From: Vicinamibacteria bacterium
GTDB lineage: Bacteria; Acidobacteriota; Vicinamibacteria; Marinacidobacterales; Marinacidobacteraceae
Assembly: GCA_963555995.3 (NCBI GenBank)
Contig: OY821641.1
Coordinates: 3,712,001-3,776,000, forward strand
Length of the DNA stretch: 64,000 nt
Reading direction: 5' to 3'
In this document: positions 1-10,650 of the stretch, piece after piece
Layout: each line of letters starts with the position of its first letter
Position numbering within the stretch: position 1 is the first letter of the stretch
Notes under the pieces: generated by a model
Databases searched by the model: none
Told to the model about the DNA's origin: nothing
Seen by the model: only the letters and a program-made list of their open reading frames with translations
Translations under genes and position numbers: made by a program

Positions 1-537
1 GCCGTCTCCGTGCTGACCGACCCGGATGCCTTCGGGGGGGCCCTCGCGGACCTGCAGGCGGCTTCGGCGGCCTCCGGCCTCCCCGTCCTCATGAAGGACT
101 TCATCGTGCACCCGGCGCAGGTCCGGGCGGGGTGGGCGGCGGGAGCGTCCGCGGTGCTGCTGATCGTCCGCTGCCTGGACGACGCCCGGCTTCGCCGTCT
201 CCATCGGGAGGTGCGGTCGCTGGGGCTCGACGCCCTGGTCGAGGTGCACGATGCGGCGGAACTGGATCGCGCCCTGGCGCTCGACGACGCGATCGTGGGG
301 ATCAACAACCGGGACCTGGACACGCTCCGGACGGATCGCCGCCGCGCCCGGGACCTCCTTCCCCGGGTTCCCTCCGGACGGATCGCCGTCGCCGAGAGCG
401 GGTATCTCGAGCCGGAACACCTGGTGGAGTTGCGGGGGCGGGCGGACGCGGTGCTCATCGGGACCGCGTTGATGCGCGCCGCCGACCCGTCGGCGTTTCT
501 CCGGGCTGCAACGGAACCCGTACCGGCCGGCGTCTGA
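1..537 (+). CDS. trpC: Indole-3-glycerol phosphate synthase (5' end outside window)
   Basis: Motifs SVLTD, PVLMKDFI, LVEVH, GINNRDL, VAESG; first gene of a trpC-F-B-A run. Confidence 0.93.
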   Translation, partial: AVSVLTDPDAFGGALADLQAASAASGLPVLMKDFIVHPAQVRAGWAAGASAVLLIVRCLDDARLRRLHREVRSLGLDALVEVHDAAELDRALALDDAIVGINNRDLDTLRTDRRRARDLLPRVPSGRIAVAESGYLEPEHLVELRGRADAVLIGTALMRAADPSAFLRAATEPVPAGV

Positions 538-549
538 CCGGCGCGCGTC

Positions 550-1173
550 GTGGAGATCAAGATCTGCGGCCTCCGGAGGCCGGAGGACGCCCGTCTGGCC
601 GTGCGGCTCGGCGCCCGGTGGATCGGCGTGGTCCGCGCTCCGGACTCCCCGCGCTCGGCATCGCTCGAAGAGGCCCGGCAGGTCATCGCGGCCGCCAGGG
701 AGGTCAATCCGGAGGTGCGGCCCGTGCTCGCGACCGGGAGGCGCACCCGCGACGAGGTCGCCTCGGACGCGCTCGCGCTGGGAGTGGAGCGGGTCCAGCC
801 CCACGGCCTCTCGGAAGCCGGCGTCCGCACCCTCACCCAGGCGGGCCTCGTCGTTCACCGGGTCGTGACCGTGCCCGAGACCGCGGCTCGACTTCCGGAT
901 TTCGAGCCCCCCGCGGGGAAGGACGGTCCGCTCGTCTTCGACGTGGGAGGCGGCGGCAGCGGCCGGGCCTTCGATTGGCGCATTCTGGGCGAGCGGGCGC
1001 CGGGGCGGGCGTTCATCGCCGGCGGGCTGCGGCCCGAGAACATCGGGCGGCTCCTTCCCTACCGGCCCTGGGGCGTGGATGTCTCGAGCGGGATCGAGTC
1101 GTCGCCCGGGGTCAAGGATCCCGAGCGGATGCGGCGGTTCTTCGACCTGCTCCGGCCGCCTGCGGTCTCATGA
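550..1173 (+). CDS. trpF: Phosphoribosylanthranilate isomerase
   Basis: IKICGL, GGSGRAFDW, AGGLRPENI, GVDVSSGIE. Confidence 0.93.
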   Translation: MEIKICGLRRPEDARLAVRLGARWIGVVRAPDSPRSASLEEARQVIAAAREVNPEVRPVLATGRRTRDEVASDALALGVERVQPHGLSEAGVRTLTQAGLVVHRVVTVPETAARLPDFEPPAGKDGPLVFDVGGGGSGRAFDWRILGERAPGRAFIAGGLRPENIGRLLPYRPWGVDVSSGIESSPGVKDPERMRRFFDLLRPPAVS

Positions 1174-2366
1174 AGTCCTCACTCCGTCCCCGCCAGGGCG
1201 CGTTCGGCTCCTTCGGCGGGCGTTTCGCTCCGGAACTTCTCATCCCCGCGCTCGAGGAACTGGAGTCGGCCCGGCGGGAGATCGTCCCCACGAAGGCGTT
1301 CCGGGACGAACTGGACTGCGAGGCGCGCGCCTGGGTGGGGCGGCCGACTCCCCTCACCAGCGTCCCCCGGTTCTCGGATCGGGCCGGCCTCGAAACGGTC
1401 TTCAAGCGCGAGGACCTGCTCCACGGCGGCGCCCACAAGGCGAACAACGTCCTGGGGCAGGCGCTCCTGGCCCGGCACATGGGCAAGTCCCGGCTGATCG
1501 CGGAGACCGGCGCCGGGCAGCACGGGACCGCGACCGCGATGATCGCCGCGCGCTTCGGAATGCAGGCGGTGGTCTACATGGGGGAGAAGGACATGGAGCG
1601 CCAGGCCCCCAACGTGAAGCGGATGGAGCTCTGCGGCGCCGAAGTCATCCCCGTGACCGCGGGCGCGCGCACGCTCAAGGACGCCATCAACGAGGCGCTT
1701 CGCGACTGGACGGCGAGCCTGTCCACGACCCACTACCTGCTCGGGACGGCCGCGGGCCCCCATCCCTTTCCGCGGCTGGTGCGGGACTTCCAGGCGGTCA
1801 TCGGCCGCGAGGCGAAGCGGCAGTGGCGGCGGGAGTTCGGCGGTCTCCCCGACGTGGTGGTGGCGTGCGTCGGCGGCGGCAGCAACGCCATCGGCATCTT
1901 CCACGCCTTCGTTCCCGAGGAGCCGGTGCGGCTCGTCGGCGTCGAACCCGGCGGAGCGGGACTCGACAGCGGCCGTCACGGCGCCACCCTTGTCCGGGGC
2001 ACGCCCGGCCTGCTCCACGGAGCCCGGACGATGATCCTGCAGGACGACGACGGGCAGATCCTCGAACCGCACAGCGTCTCGGCCGGGCTCGACTACCCCG
2101 GCGTGGGCCCCGAGCATGCCCACCTCCAGGAGACCGGCCGGGCCGGCTACGTGGCCGCCACCGACGAGGAAGCGCTGGCGGCCTTCGAGGTGCTGTCGGC
2201 CACCGAGGGGATCGTCCCCGCCTTCGAGCCCTCGCACGCGCTCGCGTTCGTGCTGCGCGCCCGGGAGTCGGGAGAGCTTCCCGCCGGGGCGCGGGTGCTC
2301 CTGAACCTCTGCGGGCGCGGCGACAAGGACCTCGAGACCTACTTCGCGCTCGACCGCTCCCGATGA
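1170..2366 (+). CDS. trpB: Tryptophan synthase beta chain
   Basis: KREDLLHGGAHK (PLP lysine), AETGAGQHG, GGGSNA, SAGLDYPGVGPEH; ATGA overlap with trpF. Confidence 0.97.
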   Translation: MKSSLRPRQGAFGSFGGRFAPELLIPALEELESARREIVPTKAFRDELDCEARAWVGRPTPLTSVPRFSDRAGLETVFKREDLLHGGAHKANNVLGQALLARHMGKSRLIAETGAGQHGTATAMIAARFGMQAVVYMGEKDMERQAPNVKRMELCGAEVIPVTAGARTLKDAINEALRDWTASLSTTHYLLGTAAGPHPFPRLVRDFQAVIGREAKRQWRREFGGLPDVVVACVGGGSNAIGIFHAFVPEEPVRLVGVEPGGAGLDSGRHGATLVRGTPGLLHGARTMILQDDDGQILEPHSVSAGLDYPGVGPEHAHLQETGRAGYVAATDEEALAAFEVLSATEGIVPAFEPSHALAFVLRARESGELPAGARVLLNLCGRGDKDLETYFALDRSR

Positions 2367-3160
2367 GCCTCCGGTCGCTCCGCTCCGCACTCGGCCACGG
2401 TCCGGTGGTCTCGCCGTTTCTCGTCCTCGGGGACCCGACTCCCGAACTTTCCGTCGAGCTGGCGCGGGCCGCGGTCTCCGCGGGAGCGGGCATGCTCGAG
2501 ATCGGATTCCCGTACAGCGATCCGGTGGCTGACGGACCGGCGATCCAGGCGGCCGCTCAGCGCGCGCTCGCCGGGGGGACTTCGACCCGCACCGCGTTCG
2601 ACGTGCTGGGCCGGATCGCGTCGGCCTGTCCCGGCGTACCGCTGAACCTGCTGGTGTATGGCAATCTCGTGCATCGCACCGGATACGAGCGATTCACGGG
2701 TGCGGCAACGGACGCCGGTGCTTCCACGCTCCTGGTACCCGACATCCCCATTGATGAGGCGACTCCGCTGCGCCGGGCGTGCCAGGGCTCCGGTCTCGGC
2801 CACGTCGAGCTGGCGGGTCCCCTGACCCCGGCGGCGCGTCTCCGACGGCTCGCCGCCGCTTCGCGTTTTCTGTATCTGGCCGGCTTCCAGGGCGTCACCG
2901 GGGTGCGCGCGGCCGGTTTCGGCGGCGTCCTCGACCGGGTCGCCGAGGTTCGAGAGATCACCGACGTTCCGGTATGTCTCGGTTTCGGGCTTTCCAGCCG
3001 GGATCAGATCGTCCGCGCCTTCGGGGCCGGCGCGGAGATCGCGGTCGTCGGAAGCCACCTCGCGCGGGTCGTGGGAACCCTCTATGGCGCTCCCGCGGAC
3101 GCGGGTCGCCTCGTCGCCGGTTACCGTTCCGCCGTGCGCGGGCTCACCTCGAACGGGTAG
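2363..3160 (+). CDS. trpA: Tryptophan synthase alpha chain
   Basis: LEIGFPYSDPVADGPAIQ, GVTG, GFG; ATGA overlap with trpB. Confidence 0.95.
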   Translation: MSLRSLRSALGHGPVVSPFLVLGDPTPELSVELARAAVSAGAGMLEIGFPYSDPVADGPAIQAAAQRALAGGTSTRTAFDVLGRIASACPGVPLNLLVYGNLVHRTGYERFTGAATDAGASTLLVPDIPIDEATPLRRACQGSGLGHVELAGPLTPAARLRRLAAASRFLYLAGFQGVTGVRAAGFGGVLDRVAEVREITDVPVCLGFGLSSRDQIVRAFGAGAEIAVVGSHLARVVGTLYGAPADAGRLVAGYRSAVRGLTSNG

Positions 3161-3179
3161 GGAGGAGAAGGGACAGACC

Positions 3180-4184
3180 ATGCTGGTCATCATGCGGACG
3201 AACCCCACCGAGGAACAATGCGGACGGGTGGAGACTGCGATCCGCGACATGGGTTTCACCCCGCTCCGGGTGCCGGGCGCCGACCGGACCGCGATCTGCG
3301 TCACCGGGAACCGGGGTCCGGTGGACCCCTCGTTCCTGATCCGGCTCCCCGGGGTCGCCCGCTGTATTCCCGTCACCAAGCCGTTCAAGCTGGTCAGCCG
3401 CGAGGTCCACCCGGCGGAGACGATTGTGGAGATCGGCGGGGTGCCGGTGGGAGGTCCGGAGCCCATCGTGATCGCCGGTCCGGGCAGCGTCGAGACCGAG
3501 GCCAGGACCCTGGACATCGCCCGCGCGGTGAAGAAGGCGGGCGCCCACGCATTCCGCGCGCGCCTGTGGGCGGAGCGGGTCGGTCCGTACCACTTCGGCG
3601 GGGTCGGCGACGAAGGGGTGCACACCCTGGACCGCGTGCGCGAGGAGACGGGGCTCCCGGTGATCACCGAGGTCATTGATCCGCGGTCGGCGGAGCAGGT
3701 GGCGGAACGCGTCGACTGCGTCCAGATCGCGGCCCGGCACATGGAGAACGAGGCGCTCCTGGACGTGGCGTGCGGCCTCGGGAAGCCCGTGATCGTGGAA
3801 CGCGCGCCGTCCGCGAGCGTGGAGGAGTGGCTGATGGCGGCGGAGTCGCTGCTGGCCCGGGAGAAGCGGGACGTGATCCTGTGCGAACGGGGAATCCGCA
3901 CCGGCGGCCAGCGGCGGACGCTGCTGGACCTCCACGTCGTGCCGGTGGTGCGGCGCATGACCCATCTGCCGGTGCTGGTGGACCCGTCGCGCGCCGTCGC
4001 GGAACGGGACCGCGTCCGTCCGCTGGCCCGCGCCGCCCTGGGCGCCGGCGCTTCGGGCCTGCTGCTTGAGGTGCACACCCACCCGGACACCGCCTACACC
4101 GACCCGATGCAGACCGTGGATATCCCGACCTTCGAGGGCATCCAGCGCGACCTCGTCAAGATCGGCGAGTTCGAGGCGCTATAA
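3180..4184 (+). CDS. Type I-beta DAHP synthase homologue with N-terminal ACT-like regulatory domain; active-site motifs degenerate
   Basis: Family motifs PFKLVSRE, IAGPxSVE, LCERGIRT, EVH recognisable; GGAGGA RBS upstream; Cys, KPRT, KRG and DPSH motifs are substituted. Confidence 0.85.
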   Translation: MLVIMRTNPTEEQCGRVETAIRDMGFTPLRVPGADRTAICVTGNRGPVDPSFLIRLPGVARCIPVTKPFKLVSREVHPAETIVEIGGVPVGGPEPIVIAGPGSVETEARTLDIARAVKKAGAHAFRARLWAERVGPYHFGGVGDEGVHTLDRVREETGLPVITEVIDPRSAEQVAERVDCVQIAARHMENEALLDVACGLGKPVIVERAPSASVEEWLMAAESLLAREKRDVILCERGIRTGGQRRTLLDLHVVPVVRRMTHLPVLVDPSRAVAERDRVRPLARAALGAGASGLLLEVHTHPDTAYTDPMQTVDIPTFEGIQRDLVKIGEFEAL

Positions 4185-4205
4185 CAGCCTGCTGGCGCCA
4201 TCCCC

Positions 4206-5093
4206 GTGACCGAACCAACTCCGCCGCCACCCGAAGCGGGCGACGTCTCGTTCGGGCGGACCCTGCTCCAGTTCTTCGTGATCCCCATGCTGGTGGTGAT
4301 CCTGGGCGTCGGGATCTTCCTGGGGTTCGCGTGGCTCGTCTCCGACGACACGACCGCCGAGGAACAGCTCCAGCGGATCCGCTCCGGAGGGCACCGCGAG
4401 GCGCGGCAGGCCGCGTTTGAACTCGCGAACCGCATCCAGCACGGCGATCCCGCAGAGTTCCGGGCTCTGGGTCCCGATCTGGTGCGGGCCTTCGAGGAAG
4501 CGGGAGCGCCGGCGGACCCGTGGGTGCGCCAGTACCTCGCGCTCGCCCTCGGAACCCTCTCCGAAGCGACGGCGGTTCCGGTGCTCGCCGCGGCGCTTGC
4601 CGATCCGGACGAGACGGTGCGGGTCTATGCGGCCTGGGCGCTCGGCTCCATCGGGGGCGGCGCCGCGGTTTCCGCGCTCAGCGAAGCCAGCCGCGCCGAT
4701 GACGCGGGACTCCGCACGATGGCGGTCTACGGGCTCGGGGCGATCGGCGATCCCGCGGGCGCCGACGCGCTCCGGCGAGCGGTTGACGATCCGGTGCTGG
4801 ACGTTTCCGTGAACGCGGTGGTGGCGCTCGCCCGCATCGGCGACGACGCGGCCGCCGCCCGGTTGCTCGGCATGATGGAGCCGGATTACTGGGCGAACGT
4901 GCCGGGCATGCTGGAGGGCGAGCGGACGCTCGCCCGGCTGAGCGCCGTGCAGGCGGCCGGCGTGCTGGAGACCCCGATGGTGCGGGCCCGGCTCGAGGAG
5001 GTCGGCGCGAACGATCCGGATCTCCGGGTTCGGGAGGCCGCACTCTCGGCCCTCGCGGGCGGGGGGCGGACGAAACCGCCGGCGCCTCCCTGA
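4206..5093 (+). CDS. Membrane-anchored HEAT-repeat protein
   Basis: N-terminal TM helix; repeated VRxxAAxALG units. Confidence 0.8.
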   Translation: MTEPTPPPPEAGDVSFGRTLLQFFVIPMLVVILGVGIFLGFAWLVSDDTTAEEQLQRIRSGGHREARQAAFELANRIQHGDPAEFRALGPDLVRAFEEAGAPADPWVRQYLALALGTLSEATAVPVLAAALADPDETVRVYAAWALGSIGGGAAVSALSEASRADDAGLRTMAVYGLGAIGDPAGADALRRAVDDPVLDVSVNAVVALARIGDDAAAARLLGMMEPDYWANVPGMLEGERTLARLSAVQAAGVLETPMVRARLEEVGANDPDLRVREAALSALAGGGRTKPPAPP

Positions 5094-5194
5094 CGCGCGG
5101 CCGGAACGGTCCGGAGGCGAACAAACCCATAGCTCGATTCGGGGGGCTTCCGTTAGAATCCCGCGCCGATCCACAATTCCTCCAACTGCAAGCG

Positions 5195-5749
5195 ATGCCT
5201 GACCCCCCGGCCCCACCGGCAGCCCCCAAACCGGCTCCCCGGCGGGCCGCCGGCGCCGCGAAGAAGGTCACCCGCCGGGAGTTCCCGTTCCTCGCCATCG
5301 GCTGGGGAATGTTCACGGCCGCGATGGCGGCCGGCCTCACCGCGGCGGGCCGTTTCATGTTCCCGAACGTGCTCACCGAGCCGCCCTCGACCTTCACGGC
5401 CGGCTTCCCGGATGACTTCGCCATCGGGGTGGTGGACACCCGCTTCAAGGAGCGCTACCAGGTCTGGATCGTCCGGGACGAGGAGGGGATTTACGCCCTC
5501 TCCACGATCTGCACCCACCTGGGATGCACCCCGAACTGGCTGGAGGCCGAGAGCAAGTTCAAGTGCCCCTGCCACGGCAGCGGGTTCTACGCCTCCGGGA
5601 TCAACTTCGAGGGACCGGCGCCCCGGCCGCTGGAGCGGGTGGGGGTGAGTCTCGCGGAGGACGGCCAGGTCCTCATAGACAAGTCGCGCCTCTTCAAGTT
5701 CGAAGCGGGTCAGTGGTCCGACCCCGCTTCCTTCCTGTCGCTCACGTAA
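5195..5749 (+). CDS. Rieske 2Fe-2S subunit of a cytochrome bc complex
   Basis: Tat-like TRREF, CTHLGC and CPCHGS boxes, GPAPRPL. Confidence 0.95.
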   Translation: MPDPPAPPAAPKPAPRRAAGAAKKVTRREFPFLAIGWGMFTAAMAAGLTAAGRFMFPNVLTEPPSTFTAGFPDDFAIGVVDTRFKERYQVWIVRDEEGIYALSTICTHLGCTPNWLEAESKFKCPCHGSGFYASGINFEGPAPRPLERVGVSLAEDGQVLIDKSRLFKFEAGQWSDPASFLSLT

Positions 5750-5768
5750 GGCTGGAGAGGCGAGCGTC

Positions 5769-6569
5769 ATGTTGAACCGCATCCTCGCCCCTCTCTCCGC
5801 CGCTTGGAAGGAGGCGACGGACTCGCAGGTCTGGACCTCGATCTTCCGTCACGGCAAGCCGGTCAGCAACCGGAACCGGGCGCTCGTGATGATGAGCAAC
5901 GTGTTCCTGCACCTGCATCCGGTCAAGTCCCGGAAGGCGGGCATCAAGCTCCGCTACACCTGGTGCATGGGAGGCATCACGTTCTTCCTCTTCCTGGTGC
6001 TCACCTTCACCGGGCTGCTCCTGATGTTCTACTACCGGCCCACGGTGGAATACGCCTACGCGGACATCGTGGACCTGCAGGAGCACGTGCCGCTCGGCAT
6101 CATGCGGGAACTCCACCGCTGGGGCGCCCACGCGATGGTCATCACCGTGTGGCTGCACATGCTGCGCGTCTTCATGACCGGTTCCTACAAGCCGCCGCGG
6201 GAGTTCAACTGGGGCATCGGGGTGGTCCTGCTGGTGCTCACCCTGCTCCTGTCTTTCACCGGCTACCTGCTCCCTTGGGACCAGCTCGCGATCTGGGCCA
6301 TCGCGGTCGGCTCCAACATGGCGCGCGCGACACCCCTGCTCGGAACGGAAGGGCCGTTATCGGCGTCCCTCACCCTGGGGGACATCAGTCTCATCAACGC
6401 GGGGAACGACGCGCGCTTCGCGTTGCTGGGCGCCCGTTCGGTCGGCCAGCCGACGCTTCTCCGCTTCTATGTCCTCCACTGCGTCGGGCTGCCCCTGGCC
6501 GCCGCCTTCCTGATGGCGGTGCATTTCTGGCGGGTCCGCAAGGACGGGGGCATCTCGGGGCCGATGTAG
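5769..6569 (+). CDS. Cytochrome b N-terminal (b6-like) subunit
   Basis: [37 protein letters not shown]. Confidence 0.95.
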   Translation: MLNRILAPLSAAWKEATDSQVWTSIFRHGKPVSNRNRALVMMSNVFLHLHPVKSRKAGIKLRYTWCMGGITFFLFLVLTFTGLLLMFYYRPTVEYAYADIVDLQEHVPLGIMRELHRWGAHAMVITVWLHMLRVFMTGSYKPPREFNWGIGVVLLVLTLLLSFTGYLLPWDQLAIWAIAVGSNMARATPLLGTEGPLSASLTLGDISLINAGNDARFALLGARSVGQPTLLRFYVLHCVGLPLAAAFLMAVHFWRVRKDGGISGPM

Positions 6570-6627
6570 GTCCGTGTTCCGAATCCACGTTTGAGACAAG
6601 ACGCTTCCGCCGCGACCCGCTGAGACG

Positions 6628-7749
6628 GTGATAGACCTCTTCAAGGACCTCGTCAACTGGGCTTCGGGGCCCACGGTCCTGTTCACGATCGCGACGCTCG
6701 GCCTCCTGGCTGCCTTTCGCTTCACCCAGGTCTGGAGCAAGACCTCGGCGAAGGTGTTCTTCGTGGTCCTCGCGGTGTTCTACACCGCGAGCATGTGGGA
6801 CCCCGACTTCTTCCTGATCGTCGCGAAGCCCGACAACATCCCGATCACCGGGGTCATCTTCCTGGTCTTCTTCTTCACCTGGTACGCGATGCACCAGGGG
6901 ATCCAGAACGACCGGCGGAGCGCGGGCGAGGAAGAGGTCCTCGAGAAACAGGAGTCCGAAAAGGTCTGGGTGTGGCCCGATCTCGTCTACACCGAGATGC
7001 TCGCGATGGTGCTGCTCAGCATCGTGCTGCTGGTGTGGTCCATCCTGCTGGCGGCGCCGCTGGAGCAGCCGGCGAACCCGGCCGACTCTCCCAATCCCTC
7101 GAAGGCGCCCTGGTACTTCCTCGGGCTCCAGGAGATGCTGGTCTATTTCGACCCCTGGCTCGCCGGCGTGGTCTTCCCCACGCTGATCATCGTGGGGCTG
7201 ATGGCGATTCCCTACATCGACACGAACCCGAAGGGGAACGGCTACTTCACCTTCAGGGAGCGGAAGGCCGAGATCGTCATCTTCCTGTTCGGCTTCCTGA
7301 TCCTCTGGTGCCTGCTGGTGGTCTCGGGCACCTTCCTGCGGGGGCCCAACTGGAACTTCTTCGGCCCCTACGAGTACTGGGACGTCCACCGGGTGGAGCC
7401 GCTGCTGAACGTCAACGTCTCCGACTTCTTCTGGGTGAAGCTGCTCGGGCGTCCGCTGCCCACGGGCGGGTTCTTCGCCGCGCTCATGCGGGAATGGCTC
7501 GGCATCCTGATGGTGGGGGCCTACCTGTTCGTGCTTCCGGTGGTCATGTCGTGGCCGAGGGACCGGTTCCCCACCGGGTTCAAGTGGCTGAGCTGCCACC
7601 ACTACTTCGAAAAGATGGGCGCCACCCGCTACTACATCGGCGTCAGCCTCTTCCTGATGATGATGAGCCTGCCGATCAAGATGTACCTGCGGTGGGCTTT
7701 CAACCTGAAGTACATCGTCGCCTTCCCCGAAATTTTCTTCAACATCTAG
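6628..7749 (+). CDS. Cytochrome b C-terminal / subunit IV-like membrane protein
   Basis: PANPxxxPNPSKAPWYF (PEWY-equivalent), PYID; multiple TM helices. Confidence 0.85.
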   Translation: MIDLFKDLVNWASGPTVLFTIATLGLLAAFRFTQVWSKTSAKVFFVVLAVFYTASMWDPDFFLIVAKPDNIPITGVIFLVFFFTWYAMHQGIQNDRRSAGEEEVLEKQESEKVWVWPDLVYTEMLAMVLLSIVLLVWSILLAAPLEQPANPADSPNPSKAPWYFLGLQEMLVYFDPWLAGVVFPTLIIVGLMAIPYIDTNPKGNGYFTFRERKAEIVIFLFGFLILWCLLVVSGTFLRGPNWNFFGPYEYWDVHRVEPLLNVNVSDFFWVKLLGRPLPTGGFFAALMREWLGILMVGAYLFVLPVVMSWPRDRFPTGFKWLSCHHYFEKMGATRYYIGVSLFLMMMSLPIKMYLRWAFNLKYIVAFPEIFFNI

Positions 7750-7759
7750 GCAACCACCC

Positions 7760-10567
7760 GTGTCCAAAGTCGCTCCCGGTCACGCCCACAACATCTCGAA
7801 GCTGAATGTCATCTTCGCGGTTTCGAGCGTCTTCCTCCTGTTCTCGACGCTCTGGATGATCTGGTTCGACTACTCGCGCGAGTGGAAGGGTTTCCAGCGG
7901 CAGTTCGTCCAGATGGAGCGCGACCTCACCGCGCGGCAGATCCAGGAGGCGCAGCAGGGGATCAACCAGGCGGACCTGCAGCGCGTTCAAGGCGAACTCC
8001 AGCAGGCCCGGACCGCCCTCGCCGCCGAGCAGGCCGCGCTCGAAGCCCTCGAAACGGAGATCGCGGACCTCGACACCCGCCGGACGCTGGCGGACATCCG
8101 CGAGCGCGAGATCAAGGCGGTTTACGACTCCGACAAGTTCTACTACGAGGAGACCCGCGAGCGCGGCACGCCGCTCGGCAGGGCGGTCAGCGACGACGAG
8201 TTCCAGGCGCTCGAAGCGAGCTTCTTCGCCGCGCGCGACGTCCGGGTGGCCCTCGACTTCGACCTCACCGAGAAGCGGGCGGAACTGCGCGGCCGGCGAT
8301 CCAGCGTGACGGAACTGGCCGGAACCATGGAGGAGTTGACCCAGGCGGTGACGCTCGCCCGCAACAAGCTCGACAGCCTGGCTCCCAGCTTCCCGAACAC
8401 CTTCCGCAACCTTCCCGTCGTGGACTTCATTGACCCCTCCATCGAGGTCCGGCAGGTGCTCGTGCGGAACGTCACCGAGGAACTCAACTTCGCCCAGGTG
8501 CCGCGGATTGATCGCTGCCAGACCTGTCACCTTGGGATTGACAACCCCGACTACGCGGACGCGCCCCAGCCCTTCACCACGCACCCGAACCTGGACATCT
8601 TCGTCAGTCGCGAGTCCAACCACCCGGTGGACGACTTCGGTTGCACCTCCTGCCACCTCGGACGGGGACGCAAGCTGAGTTTCAGCGGGGCGACCCACAT
8701 GCCCGAGTCGGTCGAGGAAGAACACGCGTGGATGGAGCAGTACGGCTGGAAGGAAGACCACTACTGGGACAACCCGATGTACCAGGCGAACCTCACGGAA
8801 GCGGGCTGCATCAAGTGTCACCGCGACCAGGTCTTCATTCCCGGAGCGCAGCAGCTCAACCAGAGCCGGATGACCTATGAACTCTCCGGCTGCTGGGGAT
8901 GTCACAACACGGCCGGTTACGAGGACAAGCGGAACCGGGGACCGTCGCTCAAGCGGATCGCCCACAAGACCGACCGCGACTTCGTGGCGCGCTGGGTACG
9001 GGATCCGAAGGCGTTCCGGCAGTCCACCTGGATGCCGACCTTCTGGAATCTGGAGAACAACCCGGACTCCGAACTCCGGGCTCGCAACGACACCGAGGTC
9101 GCGGCGATCGTGGAGTACGTCTTCGAGCATTCGACCGACGACGCCGACTACCCCGCGCCCCCGCGCGGGAACGCGGAACGCGGCGAGGCGCTGGTGAACG
9201 AGATCGGCTGCCTCGGGTGCCACCTCACCGACGAGAACGGGTACGACCAGGCGAGCATCTATCGGCGCCGGGGCCCGGCGCTCGTCGGTACCGGCACCAA
9301 GCTCGACGCGGGCTTCGTCTTCGAGTGGGTACGGAACCCGCGGCACTACTGGGAAGAGACCTACATGCCGGACCTCCGGCTCACCGACCAGGAGGCTGCC
9401 GACATCACCGCCTGGCTCATGGGGCTCGAAGCGAACGAGTTCGCTTCGGCGGCGGTTCCGCAGGCGGACGCCGGCGAACTCGACGAGCTGACCCGCGAGT
9501 TCCTGCGTACCAGCCTCCCGGATGCGATGGCCGCCGAGCGTCTCGCCGGGATGTCGGAGCGGGACAAGCTGCTCTTCTCGGGTGAATGGCTGATTCGCCG
9601 CCACGGCTGCTTCGGCTGCCACGAGATCGGCGGCTTCGAGGACGCCCAGAAGATCGGCGTGGACCTCTCGACGTGGGGATCCAAGATGGTCACCCGGCTG
9701 GACTTCGGCTACATCGACATCCCGCACACGCGCCAGGCCTGGCTGGAGCAGAAGCTCGCCCACCCCCGCAGCTACGACCGGGGGAAGGTGAAGAGCCCGG
9801 CCGAGAAACTGCGCATGCCGCAGTTCGGTTTCAGCGACGGTGACCGGCAGCACATCGTGCGGAACGTGCTGGGCCTCGTGCGCGACGAGTTCCCGCAGGA
9901 GGGCACCAAGACGCTCTCCGCGGCCGAGGCGGTCGCCGAGCAGGCCCGCCACCTCATCCACAACTACAACTGCCGCGGCTGCCACCTCATTGACGGCGTC
10001 GGCGGCGGGATCTACGAAACCATCGAAGACACCGGAATGCGCCCGCCCAACCTGAACACCCAAGGCAGCCGGACGCAGGCGGACTGGCTCTACCACTTCC
10101 TCGCGGACCCCACCGAGGTGCGGTTCTGGATGAACGTCCGGATGCCGAGCTTCAACTTCACCAACGAGGAATCCAACACCCTGATCTCCGGGTTCCTCGC
10201 CATGGACGGCGCCCAGCCCTTCGACGAGGAGCAGGAACGGGTGTACGACCGCGCCGAACTGCGGGTGGGCGCCCAGCTCCTCGACCAGCTCCAGTGCGAG
10301 CGCTGTCACATCGCCGCCGCCGCCGGCACCATGGAGGCGTCGCAGCTCGCCCCGTCCTTCCGCCTCTCGGGGGAACGGCTCACCCACGACTGGATCGTGG
10401 ACTGGATGCTCGATCCGCAGGCGATCACCCCGGGAACCCAGATGCCGCAGTTCTGGCCGACCGATCAGCAGGGCAACCGGCTGACGCCGCTGCCGGACGT
10501 GCTGGACGGCGACCCGATGGCGCAGATGCGCGCGGTGGCGTCGTACCTGATGAACTACGACCGCTGA
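7760..10567 (+). CDS. Membrane-anchored octaheme c-type cytochrome
   Basis: Eight CxxCH motifs (CQTCH, CTSCH, CIKCH, CWGCH, CLGCH, CFGCH, CRGCH, CERCH); N-terminal TM helix then coiled coil. Confidence 0.92.
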   Translation: MSKVAPGHAHNISKLNVIFAVSSVFLLFSTLWMIWFDYSREWKGFQRQFVQMERDLTARQIQEAQQGINQADLQRVQGELQQARTALAAEQAALEALETEIADLDTRRTLADIREREIKAVYDSDKFYYEETRERGTPLGRAVSDDEFQALEASFFAARDVRVALDFDLTEKRAELRGRRSSVTELAGTMEELTQAVTLARNKLDSLAPSFPNTFRNLPVVDFIDPSIEVRQVLVRNVTEELNFAQVPRIDRCQTCHLGIDNPDYADAPQPFTTHPNLDIFVSRESNHPVDDFGCTSCHLGRGRKLSFSGATHMPESVEEEHAWMEQYGWKEDHYWDNPMYQANLTEAGCIKCHRDQVFIPGAQQLNQSRMTYELSGCWGCHNTAGYEDKRNRGPSLKRIAHKTDRDFVARWVRDPKAFRQSTWMPTFWNLENNPDSELRARNDTEVAAIVEYVFEHSTDDADYPAPPRGNAERGEALVNEIGCLGCHLTDENGYDQASIYRRRGPALVGTGTKLDAGFVFEWVRNPRHYWEETYMPDLRLTDQEAADITAWLMGLEANEFASAAVPQADAGELDELTREFLRTSLPDAMAAERLAGMSERDKLLFSGEWLIRRHGCFGCHEIGGFEDAQKIGVDLSTWGSKMVTRLDFGYIDIPHTRQAWLEQKLAHPRSYDRGKVKSPAEKLRMPQFGFSDGDRQHIVRNVLGLVRDEFPQEGTKTLSAAEAVAEQARHLIHNYNCRGCHLIDGVGGGIYETIEDTGMRPPNLNTQGSRTQADWLYHFLADPTEVRFWMNVRMPSFNFTNEESNTLISGFLAMDGAQPFDEEQERVYDRAELRVGAQLLDQLQCERCHIAAAAGTMEASQLAPSFRLSGERLTHDWIVDWMLDPQAITPGTQMPQFWPTDQQGNRLTPLPDVLDGDPMAQMRAVASYLMNYDR

Positions 10568-10650
10568 TCGCTTGGGATCCCTGATCGAAGCCGCACCGGA
10601 ACGCCTCAGCCTCGGCGCGTTCCGCCAGTAAACCCCAGGAGAAACACCAG

